A DNA stretch of 64,000 nt from contig NC_043022.1 in NCBI RefSeq assembly GCF_006345805.1, forward strand, positions 6,882,001 to 6,946,000. The letters run 5' to 3'. Shown in pieces: positions 1 through 11,387 of the stretch. Numbering within the stretch: position 1 is the stretch's first letter; each line of letters begins with the position of its first letter. This DNA comes from Octopus sinensis (lineage: Eukaryota). The translations under genes were made by a program, and so were the position numbers. Below the pieces are notes generated by a model, which was not told the DNA's origin, ran no database searches, and saw nothing but the letters and a program-made list of their open reading frames with translations.

Positions 1-1
1 A

Positions 2-124
2 GCTCACCTCACCAAGGTGTCAGGTGATGCCTGTGAGAGCGCTTGGCTTTCCCAATGTCTTAGTCTCGCCATCACCTGTGGTAATGCTACGAGCGTGCTG
101 GCTTGCTTCAGTAGGTTCCATTAA
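2..124 (+). mobile_element. C-terminal remnant of a CRE-like non-LTR retrotransposon ORF
   Basis: Frame 2 reads AHLTKVSGDACESAWLSQCLSLAITCGNATSVLACF, resembling the 'QRLSxAxQRGNAxxxL' C-terminal motif of CRE-clade elements. Cut by the window edge. Confidence 0.5.
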
Positions 125-145
125 ACCTTGTGGTGTGTGATATAT

Positions 146-562
146 CTCTCTTTTACTCTTTTACTTGTTTCAGTCATTTGACTGCGGCCATGCTGGAGCA
201 CCGCCTTTAGTCGAGCAAATCGACCCCGGGACTTATTCTTCGTAAGCCCAGTACTTATTCTATCGGTCTCTTTTGCCGAACCGCTAAGTAACGGGGACAT
301 AAACACACCAGCATCGGTTGTCAAGCAATGCTAGGGACAAACACAGACACACAACACAACACACATGCATATATATATATATATATATATACATATATAC
401 GACAGGCTTCTTTCAGTTTCCGTCTACCAAATCCACTCACAAGGCTTTGGTCGGCCCGAGGCTATAGTAGAAGACACTTGCCCAAGGTGCCACGCAGTGG
501 GACTGAACCCGGAACCATGTGGTTGGTAAACAAGCTACTTACCACACAGCCACTCCTGCGCC
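146..562 (-). mobile_element. SINE family A (tRNA-like head, CORE-like segment, internal TA/TG microsatellite, (GAGTAAAA)n tail), full length
   Basis: Minus strand has GGCGCAGGAGTGGCTGTGTGG (A box), GGTTCAGTCCC (B box), CCTTGGGCAAGTG, an internal microsatellite and the tail repeat. More than 20 copies or fragments in the window. Confidence 0.9.
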
Positions 563-822
563 TATATATATATTCTTTTATTATTTTTATATGTTGCAGT
601 CCAATGACTGTGGCCATGTTGGAGCACCGCCATTGCGATCATCTTTCCACTCTCCACTTTTGTCAGAGCAGAATTTGGTGAAGGATTGAGTTTGATGTTA
701 CTGCCCTCTTTTGAGTTTCTTGCCTAGATATTGGCTCATCCGGGGTCTCAGTGAGCCAGAGGTGAAGTTCACGTTTGAAAACGTCTACATGCACTCCATA
801 GTGGCTCCTCAGATACTTCGGC

Positions 823-867
<45 letters not shown>

Positions 868-1742
868 TGTGTATGACGGAGCAACAACAGTTTCTAAATT
901 TTTGCAGTCAGTTATTTTTCTCCTTGACTCAGCGTTTGGTGTTGGCGGAGGAGAAACTATTTTCACCGACTCGTCTTGCACTTTGGTGCTTGCATCTGCT
1001 CACACACCACACTCAACCACACCCACGTGTGTGCGTGCACAAACTCACGCGCACATATCTGCTTCGTCTGTGTGTATGGATATGTGCATGCATATATATA
1101 TCTATATCTACATATATATACATAACATATATATATATATACATACATATAAATATATATATATATACATACATATATAGTATATATACATACATATATA
1201 ATATATATATACCTAACATATATATATCTATCTACATACATATTATATATATATATATATACATACATATATATATAGATATATACATACATATATATAT
1301 TATATACATACATACATATATATAATATATATATATAAAATAAATATAAGAGAGTGGTCACTATATGGCTCACTCTAGCACTATTAATCCAAGTTTCAAC
1401 CACAAAAAATACATGTTTCCCATGAAAGTCAGTACGATTGTTAGCTCACACGGACAGGCAAATAAAAAATAACAAAAATACAGATTATTTTGGACAATTG
1501 TTTTCGCTATTAATGATAAATGTAATTTTACTTACAAAAAAATCCACTTGTAGCTCGTCAGCCAAAACTATCTGGATGAAATCCACTCAATCACACGCCA
1601 GATTTTACCATAACGATAAATACACGTGTGGTTCAATTGATTACATCCGACGTTATAATAAATCAAATTCAATGCCCCAACTAACAGCGTGCCAAACTCT
1701 CACGGAAACAAATACTGCATTTAGAAATAAATGTAGCATAAT

Positions 1743-1830
1743 TATAATTAATTAATAAGGGTGAGAGAATTAGATACTAATTTAATAGATATACTATTAA
1801 ATTAGTATCTAATTCTCTCACCCTTATTAA

Positions 1831-1839
<9 letters not shown>
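1743..1839. repeat. Perfect 46-bp-arm palindrome abutting a (TA)n tract
   Basis: 1743-1788 is the exact reverse complement of 1794-1839; loop ATATA. Confidence 0.95.
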
Positions 1840-1917
<78 letters not shown>

Positions 1918-1959
1918 CATACATATATATATATTTCTTTACTATACTATGCCATTGAT

Positions 1960-2156
1960 TCGTTAGCTACTGCACGCATTTTTTTTCTCTCCTCTTTCTG
2001 TGTTTTTCTCTCTCTGTGTATCTTTCTGTTGAAGAGCGTAGGCTCGAAACGTTAAAGACTTGTTTTTATTTATATTTCCTGAGCGCCATACTAATACAAT
2101 TGTTCGTTTGTTTTCCACCTGCCTTCGTCTTTTGTTTATTTTCATAAAGCTTCCCG

Positions 2157-2158
<2 letters not shown>
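1960..2158 (+). mobile_element. Penelope-like pseudo-LTR fragment with degenerate minimal hammerhead motif
   Basis: TCTTT-CTGTTGA-A-GAGC-GTAG-GCTC-GAAA-CG-TT-AAAGA at 2021-2057, flanked by (TA)n. Diverged copy on the minus strand at about 26640-26770. Confidence 0.55.
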
Positions 2159-2200
<42 letters not shown>

Positions 2201-2363
2201 GCACACCACATCAAACACTCTATACACACATATATACAGATACACACACATTTATACATATATACACACACTCGTGTGTGTGTTCCTTCTCTCTTTGCTC
2301 TTTCTCTCTCTCTACTTAGAGAGAGAGAGAAAGAGAAAGCATACGTATTTATGTATGTATGTA

Positions 2364-2404
<41 letters not shown>

Positions 2405-2529
2405 CTATATTTGTATATAAGCACACACATAAATGATGATGGTCGTGGTGGTGATGATGATGACCTATATATATATATATATATATATACTCACACATAC
2501 GTGTATGTTTTGTATCGGAAAACTGCTGA

Positions 2530-2570
<41 letters not shown>

Positions 2571-2894
2571 ATAGATAGAGAGAGAGAGAGGGAAACGGTG
2601 GTGGGGCGGAGCAGAGATAAAGTTATAAAATTTACAAGAGTTGGATTGTAAGATCATGTCTGCCTAAATCCCCATATCATGTTTTGGCGGTGGTGGTCGT
2701 CGTGGGGAGAGCCGGCTGTTGTTGGTCTTTGAACAGAACTGGTTCGGTTCTCCCCCCCCTCCCCGTTTTTGTTTATTTATCTAAGTGGCAGGGAGCGGAG
2801 GGCGTTATGTGACTTTGAACTCAAAACCACGCGTTTGTGGTACACAGGCAGCCATTAGTGTAGCCAGCAACGAACTGATTTGACCCTTTCCCAG

Positions 2895-2958
2895 ACGGAA
2901 AACAACGAAGAGAGAAACTATGGCAGGCCATACAGTTTGGGGGGAACGTAAATATAAG
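2895..2958 (+). CDS. Candidate start-codon exon (ATG at 2920; MAGHTVWGERKYK) of an unidentified gene
   Basis: Unique, locally CpG-rich sequence with a GC box upstream; acceptor-like CCCTTTCCCAG (AG 2893-94); strong Kozak ACTATGG; weak phase-0 donor AAG|GTCAGC. No homology recognised. Confidence 0.25.
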
Positions 2959-3004
2959 GTCAGCTCTGTTAAGTTACTTAAAATAGGGGTGAATGGGACC
3001 GTGG

Positions 3005-3199
3005 TTCTTTTTTATTCCTTCACTTGATTCAGCCATTTGATTGTGGCCATGCTGGAGCACCGCCTTTAGTCGAACGGATTTACGACCCCCAGGATTTACT
3101 CTTTGTAAGCCTAGTACTTATTCTATTACTCCCTTTTGCCGAACCGCTAAGTTACAGTGTAGTAAACACACCCGCATCGTTCGTCAAGCGATAGTGGGA

Positions 3200-3259
<60 letters not shown>

Positions 3260-3745
3260 GAAGGTCTTCTTTCGGTTTCCGTCTACCAAATCCACTCACA
3301 AGGCTTTTGTTAGGCCCGACGCTATATTGAAAGACACTTGCCCAAGGTGCCACACAGTGGGACTGAACCCAGATCTATGTGGTTGGAAAGCAAGCTTCTT
3401 ACCACACAGCCACTGCTATTTTTAAAGAATTGTTTTATTTACTTGTTTCTGTCATTAGACTGCGGCCATGCTGGGGCTGCACCTTGAAGGATTTTTAGTT
3501 GAACAAATGAACTCCAGGACTTATTATTTTAAGCTTGGTACTTATTCTGTTGGTCTCTTTTGCCGAACTGCTAAGTTATGGTTGTCAAGCAGTAATGACA
3601 CACACACACACACACACACACACATGATGGGCTTCTTTCAGTTTCCCCTCTATCAAATCCACTCACAAGGCTTTGGTTGGCCTGAGGCTGTTGTAGAAGA
3701 TACTTGCCCAAGGTGCTGTGTAGCGGGACTGAACCTGGAACCATG
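3005..3745 (-). mobile_element. Two diverged SINE family A copies
   Basis: Colinear with 146-562 at about 3005-3416 and 3437-3745. Confidence 0.8.
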
Positions 3746-4074
3746 TTTGTATCTATTAAGTGAAATCTTACTTTTTGGTGGTGGCCCTAGAAGGAGTGTC
3801 ACACTCACGACATTTCCCTGACATTATTAGTACACTGGTGTTTTGCCATTGTTGTAATCTAGAGTTCAATGTTTTGTTCTGACAGAACTAAACACACTAC
3901 CTATGTACACCTAGATGGACTAGGCCTTCTTTTCTTCTTTCTTGAGGGTTACCCCATTTCTTCAAGTTATTTCAAAATGTGGAGTGGGGAAAGTATAACA
4001 ATTGTGGAAAGGAGATAAAATGCTATTTGCATACATTATTATTGTTGTTGTTATTATTATTATTTCATTATTTA

Positions 4075-4563
4075 GTGAGAGAGCAGTGCATGCCATCAAA
4101 GTAACCCTGGGGTAAAATATACGAGATCCAGTATACCCATCATTTGTCATCTCTTGTGAAAGGTAGGAGAGTCCAGTTTGCTGGACATTGTTGTAGAACT
4201 GAAAAAGAAGTAATTTCTACTCTTCTCCTCTGGAAGCCATCTACTCGCAATACCAGAGGGCGCACACTCTCCTACCCTGATGTAATCTCCAGGGATACAG
4301 GCATCCAGCAACAGGACCTCCGTAATGCTATGATGGACCGTGAAGTCTGGCGTAACATAGTAAATTCCATTGTCTCGACCACGGTCGAACAATGATGAAT
4401 GATGAATGATACCCATCATGAGTGATAAGGATACACCAGGCACATGCATCACAACCATATGTGCGTGACATGATGATCTCATATCAAGATAAACAGAGCA
4501 TGATCTTGCAGTGGGGCCCAGTTAGAATTTTCTTCGGGTCAAGTAGCCCATCCCACTCAAAAG
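4075..4563. mobile_element. Interspersed repeat family E (about 460 bp, AAT-tailed, unclassified), interrupted by an RTE fragment
   Basis: Same sequence at about 16385-16677, 21722-22190, 22620-23090, 23280-23370 and, inverted, 44480-44957. Confidence 0.75.
4144..4408 (+). mobile_element. 5'-truncated RTE-like LINE 3' end with GAT/GAAT tail
   Basis: Encodes VQFAGHCCR...LLLWKPS...RGRTLSYPD...DREVWR. 11-bp TSD ATACCCATCAT at 4133-4143 and 4409-4419. A roughly 40-bp copy of the same 3' end lies at about 5076-5115. Confidence 0.85.
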
Positions 4564-5117
4564 TAGTTACCTTCTGACCAGGTCTCAACCAGAGACCTTA
4601 AAGCATGTATATATTAGATGGAGAGGAACCTTGTGAGAATGTGGGCAATTGATGTCAACACAGTTTTTTGAGTCTTGCAAATTGTTGGTTTCCCTGGGAT
4701 CTAGTCAAAAATTTTTTACTACCTTCCTTGATCATCCCATACTGGAATATGTTGGACAATCTGACAGGAGCTGCAGGCCAGAGAGTTGCACCGGGCTCCA
4801 GTTGTCTCTTTTGGCATGCTGTCTATGGCTGGATGCCCTTAATACCTATTTCTTTAGGGCTCCTTTGCCGTAGTGAAGGCAATCTATCTAGGGAGATAAC
4901 CTTACAATAAATCACTCGGTCCATAGTTTAGAAATACTGGGTTGACGTCCAGTGGGAACAGCTTTGTTTCATGGAGGAGGAAAGATCTTCTTTAATACTT
5001 GGTTGTACAATGCTTTCCAATGTGTGTAGTAGTGGCGCGCGCACACATTATTAGCCATTTGAAAAGACTATGAAAGTCTCGACCACGGTCGAACAATGAT
5101 GAATGATGATGATGATC

Positions 5118-6288
5118 ATCATCCCCAGGGCACCTGCAACAACAGGGATGGTTTTGGTTTTTAATTGCAACATCCTAGATATCTCAATCCCAAGGCCCTT
5201 ATATTTCAACAGTTTTTCAGGTTAAATTTCTGAGATGTTTCTATCAGTAGCCATTGGCACATCAGTTAATAGGGATGTTTTATGTCTCAGATCTTTGACG
5301 ACGATGTCTAGTTTGTTGTTGTTTATTTGCCTGTCTGTATGTATCCCATAATCTCATAGGAAGGTAACATTCTCTCCCTCAGTGACTGGCTCTGGATGGT
5401 GTTCATACCAGTTCCTAGGGTGCAGGATATCATAGTGATGGAATATATACTCCAGGACAAGTATTGGCCAACTCGACCTCACCTGCTTTTATATTCTGTA
5501 GGGGCAACGACTGAGCAACCGGTGACCATGTGGTCAAATACTCTGAAGTTTATCATTGTTGAGTCTACCACATTTGTGTGTCACATTAGATTGATGATTG
5601 TTCCGAGTGTGGAGACTCTGAATTGTACAAAAGCTATTCTATGCTTTCTTAGCATGGATGTTGTCTTGAGGTTGGATGATAACAAGTCTCCTCAATTCTC
5701 AAGAATCTTCTTTTTAGGATTCTTGCACAGTAAAGCATGCTACTTTTCAGCATGTCCCCATTGTTTATCTCAATTCCAATCCCTTTCATTCTCTTAGATA
5801 ACACTAGCAGTATCGCCTGGCGTTGCTCGGGTTTGTAAGGGAAATAACTATAAAGCATTTTAGAGAGTTATAGTCAAAAAATAGAAAAAAAATGATGGTA
5901 AATTTTTTTTGAGAGTTAAAAAGGTCGAGTTGCGTCCCCTAGACAGTCTGTGGTTTGTGTTTCTGATTCTCGACCCCATGTCGAATTTATCGATTTTTTT
6001 CAGAACTGGGGGAACTTTTCAAAATTTTCGCTGCGTTAGTTTTGAATTATGACATTGGGCTATGTGTGTGTCAAGTTTCATCAAAATCGGTTGAAAGCCG
6101 TGGTCAGGGTGAGGGTACAACCTGACAGACACACACAGACAAACTGCCGTTTTTATAGAGAGAGATTTTGGGTTTTATGCCAAGTGTACCAATTAGCACA
6201 AGAGCAATTGTTGTTTTAGTCTTTCATCTTTGCATCTCTCCAGCTAACTCTTGATAGTTCTCAATTGTTTTCAATTCCTTTAGCATCC

Positions 6289-6290
<2 letters not shown>
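5118..6290 (-). mobile_element. Decayed restriction-like-endonuclease non-LTR retrotransposon (R4/Dong-like), split by a Helitron
   Basis: Minus-strand pieces ...DHMVTGCSVVAPTEYK... and KYKGLGIEISRMLQLKTKTIPVVAGALGM match the Zn-knuckle/RLE C-terminus of R4-type elements. Confidence 0.65.
5804..6165 (-). mobile_element. Non-autonomous Helitron
   Basis: Minus strand starts TCTCTCTCTATA and ends with a subterminal hairpin (CCCGAGCAACGCCAGG) plus CTAG. Inserted between A and T with no TSD. Near-identical to 42276-42650. Confidence 0.8.
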
Positions 6291-6333
<43 letters not shown>

Positions 6334-6334
6334 T

Positions 6335-6824
6335 AAAGTGACAAGTTGGCAGAATTGTTAGCATGCCGAATGAAATGCTTTGCGCCATTTCTTCCATCTT
6401 TACATTTTCTGTTGAAATTCTTGTGAATTCAACTTTGTCTTTCGTCTCTTTCATGGTCAGTGAAATAAATACCAGTTGTACACTGGGGTTGATGTAAATG
6501 ATTAGCTTGCACCCCAAATTTCAGCCCTTGTATCTCTAATAGAAAAGATTATCATTATTATTATCATTAAGGCAGTGAACTGGCAGAGTCGTTAGCGTGC
6601 TGGACGAAATGCTTAGCTGCATTTTGTTCATCTTCACGTTCTGGGTTCAAATTCTGCCAAGGTCCACTTTGCCTTATGTGCTGAGTTTAAATTCTACTAA
6701 GGCTGATTTTGCCTGTCAGTCTTTTTGAGGTCTATAAAAAAAATACTAGTTGAGTACTGGGGTTAATGTAATTGACTAACCCCCTCCCTGCAAACCTCAG
6801 GCTTTGTGCCTATAATAGATTACC

Positions 6825-6858
<34 letters not shown>

Positions 6859-7165
6859 TATTACAAGATCATCACTTCTGAGGTTGATAAATGTAATTAA
6901 CTTCTAAGATATTAATGACTTTGTGCCAAAATTAGAAAGAGTTCTTATAAAGTGGTGTGAGCTGGCAGAATTGTTTGTGTGCCAAACCAAATGCTATGTG
7001 GCATTTCTTTGGACTCTTTCTCTGCTGAGTTCAAATTTCACTGAGGTCAACTTTACTTTACATCCTTTCAAAGTTGATAAAATAAAGTACCAATCAAGTA
7101 GTGGAGTTTATGTCACTGGCTTATCCCCTCCCCTCAAAATTGATGGTCTTGTACCAAAATTAGAA
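6335..7165 (+). mobile_element. Cluster of diverged SINE family B copies (Nin/Deu-like central domain)
   Basis: Repeated GAGCTGGCAGAA...GAGTTCAAATTC...CTTTGCCTTTCATCCTTT...GATAAA..AAGTACCAG motif. Confidence 0.75.
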
Positions 7166-8624
7166 TTTAGTCAGGCAGAAGGGCAATGGGCATCACTGGT
7201 TACATGTTGTCAAAGACTGGCAGGAAACGAAAGTGAAAGTTATCTGTGAACTGGAAATCGGTTCATTTGGTTAATTAATCATGGTGACGTAAACATTAAA
7301 TTAATGGAGTGTTTGTCTACTGACAGGACTGAAACTTGTGACCCCCTGCCTTGATGTTCTGTTAACCCTAACCCCAGTAGACAATTCTTACTGTTCATCA
7401 ATTCATCAGGCTTCTTCACAGTTTCCGCCATATGACTTTCAGAGGTGTTGCTCCTTAGTTCATACAATATTGAAACATTAATCCCTGGCATCACTCTGAC
7501 CTCAATCTTCTGGTGTCCAGTGTTGTTGTTTTTATTTTGTCCAGAAAGTGACAGATCATAGGGTGTAGGGGTGGGTGGGTGGGTGTCAGATGTCTGTAGG
7601 GACATAAAGAAATACTTGTGGAATGAAAGAGCACTTTGAGAGGATGCTGTAGCTGATATAATTTTGGGCATTCTGATGGTGACCCCTGACCCCTCTGACA
7701 AAATGCTTTAAAAACATTTTTTGGTTTCCCTCCTCTTTTTACTGATAACATATGATATAAAATGTACATATAACACACACATATAACACACGCATACATA
7801 TATGTGTGTGTATATGCATATACACACACACACACACACACACATGTATATATAAAGTGTATATACTGCTTTATCAATAGATGAAGTGTTGAAGTGTTGT
7901 TAGTCAAGGAGGTGTTGGGGCAGGGGTAAAAATAAATTTTGATAAAATTTTGTATTTTATCACGATTTGGAATCTTTGATGTTTAAAACATTGAAACCTG
8001 AAGACTTGGAAAAAAAGTTTTGATGGAAACCGAAATAAAAAGGAACCAATTAAAAAGGAACCAAAATAAAAAGGAGCCAAATTGGCTTATTTTTGAAATA
8101 ATTCTTTCGTTTCAGAAATTCATCCCAGTTTTTAATTATATCACTTTTGACCCCTTTTATCCTGTTATGGAATCCCTAACAGAAAACATCTTTATCTTCT
8201 CTCTTCCACTTGTTTCAGTCATCAGAGTGTGGCCATGCTGGAGCACAGCCTTGAAGAATATTTTAGTCAAACGAATCCACCCAAGTACTTATTTTTTTTT
8301 AAAGCCTGGTACTTATTCTATCAATCTCTTTTGCTGAACTGCTAAGTTACAGAGATATAAACACACCACACTGGTTGGCAAGTGGCGGTGGGGGATAAAC
8401 ACACACACCATCATCATATATACATACATACACACCATGCACACGCACCACAGATTTTCTAGAGAAGTTAGTGCTGGCTTGAAATTCTATAGAGAATCAG
8501 TAGAGACAGGCTTAAAAGCTGAAAAGACAGCACTGCTAACACAGCTAGGACACAGTATTGATTTCTTAAAAACCTTTACTATACCTGGCAGTATATTATG
8601 TTGCAAATTGAAATGCACTCCCCC

Positions 8625-9140
8625 GCCAGCCTCATCTGGCACCTGTGTCGGTGGCACATAAAAAACACCATCCGAGCGTGGCCGTTCGCCAGCCTCGTCT
8701 GGCACCTGTGTCGGTGGCACATAAAAAACACCATCCGAGCGTGGCCGTCTGCCAGCCTCGTCTGGCACCTGTGTCGGTGGCACATAAAAAACACCATCCG
8801 AGCGTGGCCGTCTGCCAGCCTCGTCTGGCACCTGTGTCGGTGGCACATAAAAAACACCATCTGAGCGTGGCCGTCTGCCAGCCTCGTCTGGCACCTGTGT
8901 CGGTGGCACATAAAAAACACCATCTGAGCGTGGCCGTTCGCCAGCCTCGTCTGGCACCTGTGTCGGTGGCACATAAAATCACCCACTACACTCTCGGAGT
9001 GGTTGGCGTTATGAAGGGCATCCAGCTGTAGAAACACTGCCAGATCTGACTGGTCTGGTGCAGCCTTCGGGGACCCCAGTTGAACCGTCCAACCCATGCT
9101 AGCATGGAAAGCGGACGTTAAATGATGATGATGATGATGA
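8625..9140 (+). mobile_element. SINE-like family D with a 5' array of 63-bp tandem units and a (GAT)n tail
   Basis: Units start at 8625, 8688, 8751, 8814, 8877 and 8940 (last partial). Body GGTTGGCGTT..GAAGGGCATCCAGCTGTAGAAA (Meta-domain-like, from memory); ends GGACGTTAAA(TGA)n. Confidence 0.85.
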
Positions 9141-9445
9141 TGAATAACAATAATAATAAATAATTTGGACAAATAAGTATAATTTGATTGGTGTGTTTAA
9201 ATGTTGAGTAGAACTCCTGCACAGTTTAAGCTACCTGTTGTCATCCGCAGTCGCGATATACTTCTGTTGGATCTACTTCATCCCCTAATTTGATGGGCAT
9301 TTAACAACAACAGGTCAGCCGACACTAAAAATCTCAAGTGAGACTTCTTCATCAATGAGCCTGAAAAGACCCAGACTGATCGGTCGAAACATATGTTGTA
9401 CCTAATAAAGGTCTAATATGAAATCCATCTCCTACTATTAATTAA

Positions 9446-9488
<43 letters not shown>

Positions 9489-9498
9489 ATATATATAC

Positions 9499-9708
9499 AA
9501 AGTATAGAAGCCATCTTATCATGGCTAACCACATTGGGGAGGGGGTTGTTACTGTAGCTTTATAGCCCCAAGAGATCTTTGTCTCTAGCTGGCTCTAAAC
9601 ACAATATCTGTGTCTTTGGAGTAGACGAAGATCTCTTGGGGCTATAAAGATACAGTAACAACCCCCTCCCCAATGTGGTTAGCCATGATAAGATGGCTTC
9701 TATACTTT
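9499..9708. repeat. Long inverted repeat (81-bp arms, 1 mismatch, 48-bp spacer) between (TA)n tracts
   Basis: 9499-9579 versus 9628-9708. Confidence 0.95.
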
Positions 9709-9777
9709 ACATTATCTAGCGATTACTGTTTCAATCTCATTCTGAGATTTAATTATGCCTATATATATATATATATC

Positions 9778-10318
9778 ATCATCATCATCATCATCGTTTA
9801 ACGTCCGTTCTCCATGCTAGCATGGGTTGGACGGTTCGACCGGGCATCTGGGAAGCCAGAAGGCTGCACCAGGCTCCAGTCTTATCTGGCAGTGTTTCTA
9901 CAGCTGGATGCCCTTCCTAACGCCAACCACTCCTTGAGTGTAGTGGGTGCTTTTTACGTGCCACCTGCACAGGTGCCAGGCGAGGCTGGCAACGGCCACG
10001 GTCGGATTGGTGTATTTTATGTGCCACCGGCACAGAAGCCAGACGAGGCGGTGCTGGCATCGGCCACGAGTCGGATGGTGCTTTTTACGTACCACCAGAC
10101 CAGGGATCCGGCTGGTTCAATTCGATTTCGATTTCGCTTGCCCCAACATGTCTTCGCAAGCAAGGGGGTTGGCATGGGTGCCTGTTGTACGGTTAGATTG
10201 GTGTATTTTACGTGCCACCGGCACGGAAGCCAGTGGAGGCGGCGCTGGCATCGGCCACGAGTCGGATAGTGCTTTTTACGTACCACCAGACCAGGGAACC
10301 TGGCTGGTTCAATTCGAT
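9778..10318 (-). mobile_element. SINE-like family D with heterogeneous unit array
   Basis: Same body as 8980-9140; nearly identical to 59912-60250, with an added duplicated block. Confidence 0.85.
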
Positions 10319-10776
10319 ATATATATATATATATATAATGTGATGGGCGGTTTTCAGTTTCTGTCTACGAAATCTACTCATGAGGCTTTGGTGAAGACAC
10401 TGAGGCTTTAGAAGAAGACACTTTCCCAAGGTGTGATGCAATGGGACTGAACCCAGAACCATGTAGTTTGGAAGCAAGTTTCTTACCACACGGCCACACT
10501 GGCACCTATATATTGGTGTTCGTTTCTCGACAAAGCCAGAAATAAGAAGACTAAAGCTAACTTTATAGATGGAGACCAAAAGTATAAGCATTTGTTGTAT
10601 TTAGTGGGTGGTGGCCATATTTTCTGGTTTAAAATATTAAAAATGTGAAATTAAATAAAACTGATTAAGAAAATGACATTTAATCTTCTTTAAGCCGATT
10701 TAAACATTGATAAATTATTTTATTATCTTGGTGAAAAGATATTGATTGCTTTATACAGTTACAAAACCTCACGATT

Positions 10777-11110
10777 AGTGTGTGTGTGTGTTGGCATGTG
10801 TGTGTGTGTGTTGGCATGTGTGTGTGTGTATGTGTGTGTGTGTGTGTGTTGGCATGTGTGTGTGTGTATGTGTGTGTGTGTGTGTTGGCATGTGTGTGTG
10901 TTGGCATGTGTGTGTGTGTGTATGTGTGTGTGTGTGTGTTGGCATGTGTGTGTGTGTGTATGTGTGTGTGTGTGTATTGGCATGTGTGTGTGTGTATGTG
11001 TGTGTGTGTTGGCATGTGTGTGTGTGTTGGCATGTGTGTGTGTGTGTGTATGTGTGTGTGTGTGTGTGTGTTGGCATGTGTGTGTGTGTATGTGTGTGTG
11101 TGTGTGTGTG
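10777..11110. repeat. Compound minisatellite TTGGCAT-(GT)n
   Basis: About 10 TTGGCAT cores separated by (GT)n tracts of variable length. Confidence 0.9.
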
Positions 11111-11387
11111 TTTATGTATGTGTGTATATATGTATGATGATCATCATTGTCAGTTAACGTCTGTTTTCCCTGCTGGCATGGGTTGGACTGTTTGACAGGA
11201 AGTGGCAAGGCTGGAGAGCTTCATCAGACTACAGCTGTCTGCTCCAGCCTGGTCTCTATGACTCGATGCCCTTTACCAGCGCCATACCCTCGTCCAGCAG
11301 CTTGATGCCTTTCCATTCACTTCTAAAGCAATCTCCCTCATCCTTGCAGCAGCTGACTCTAATGCTGACACACTACCTATTGCGGAT

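Noticed and set aside
328-681. Recurrent ORF 'RQASFSFRLPNPLTR...GTEPGTMWLV' seen many times
   Set aside because: Antisense reading of SINE family A, not a gene family.
711-1403. Long ORFs rich in YI/CV/HT repeats (also about 10680-11208, 22091-22553, 29840-30478, 61137-61596)
   Set aside because: Translations of di- and trinucleotide microsatellites; no coding signal.
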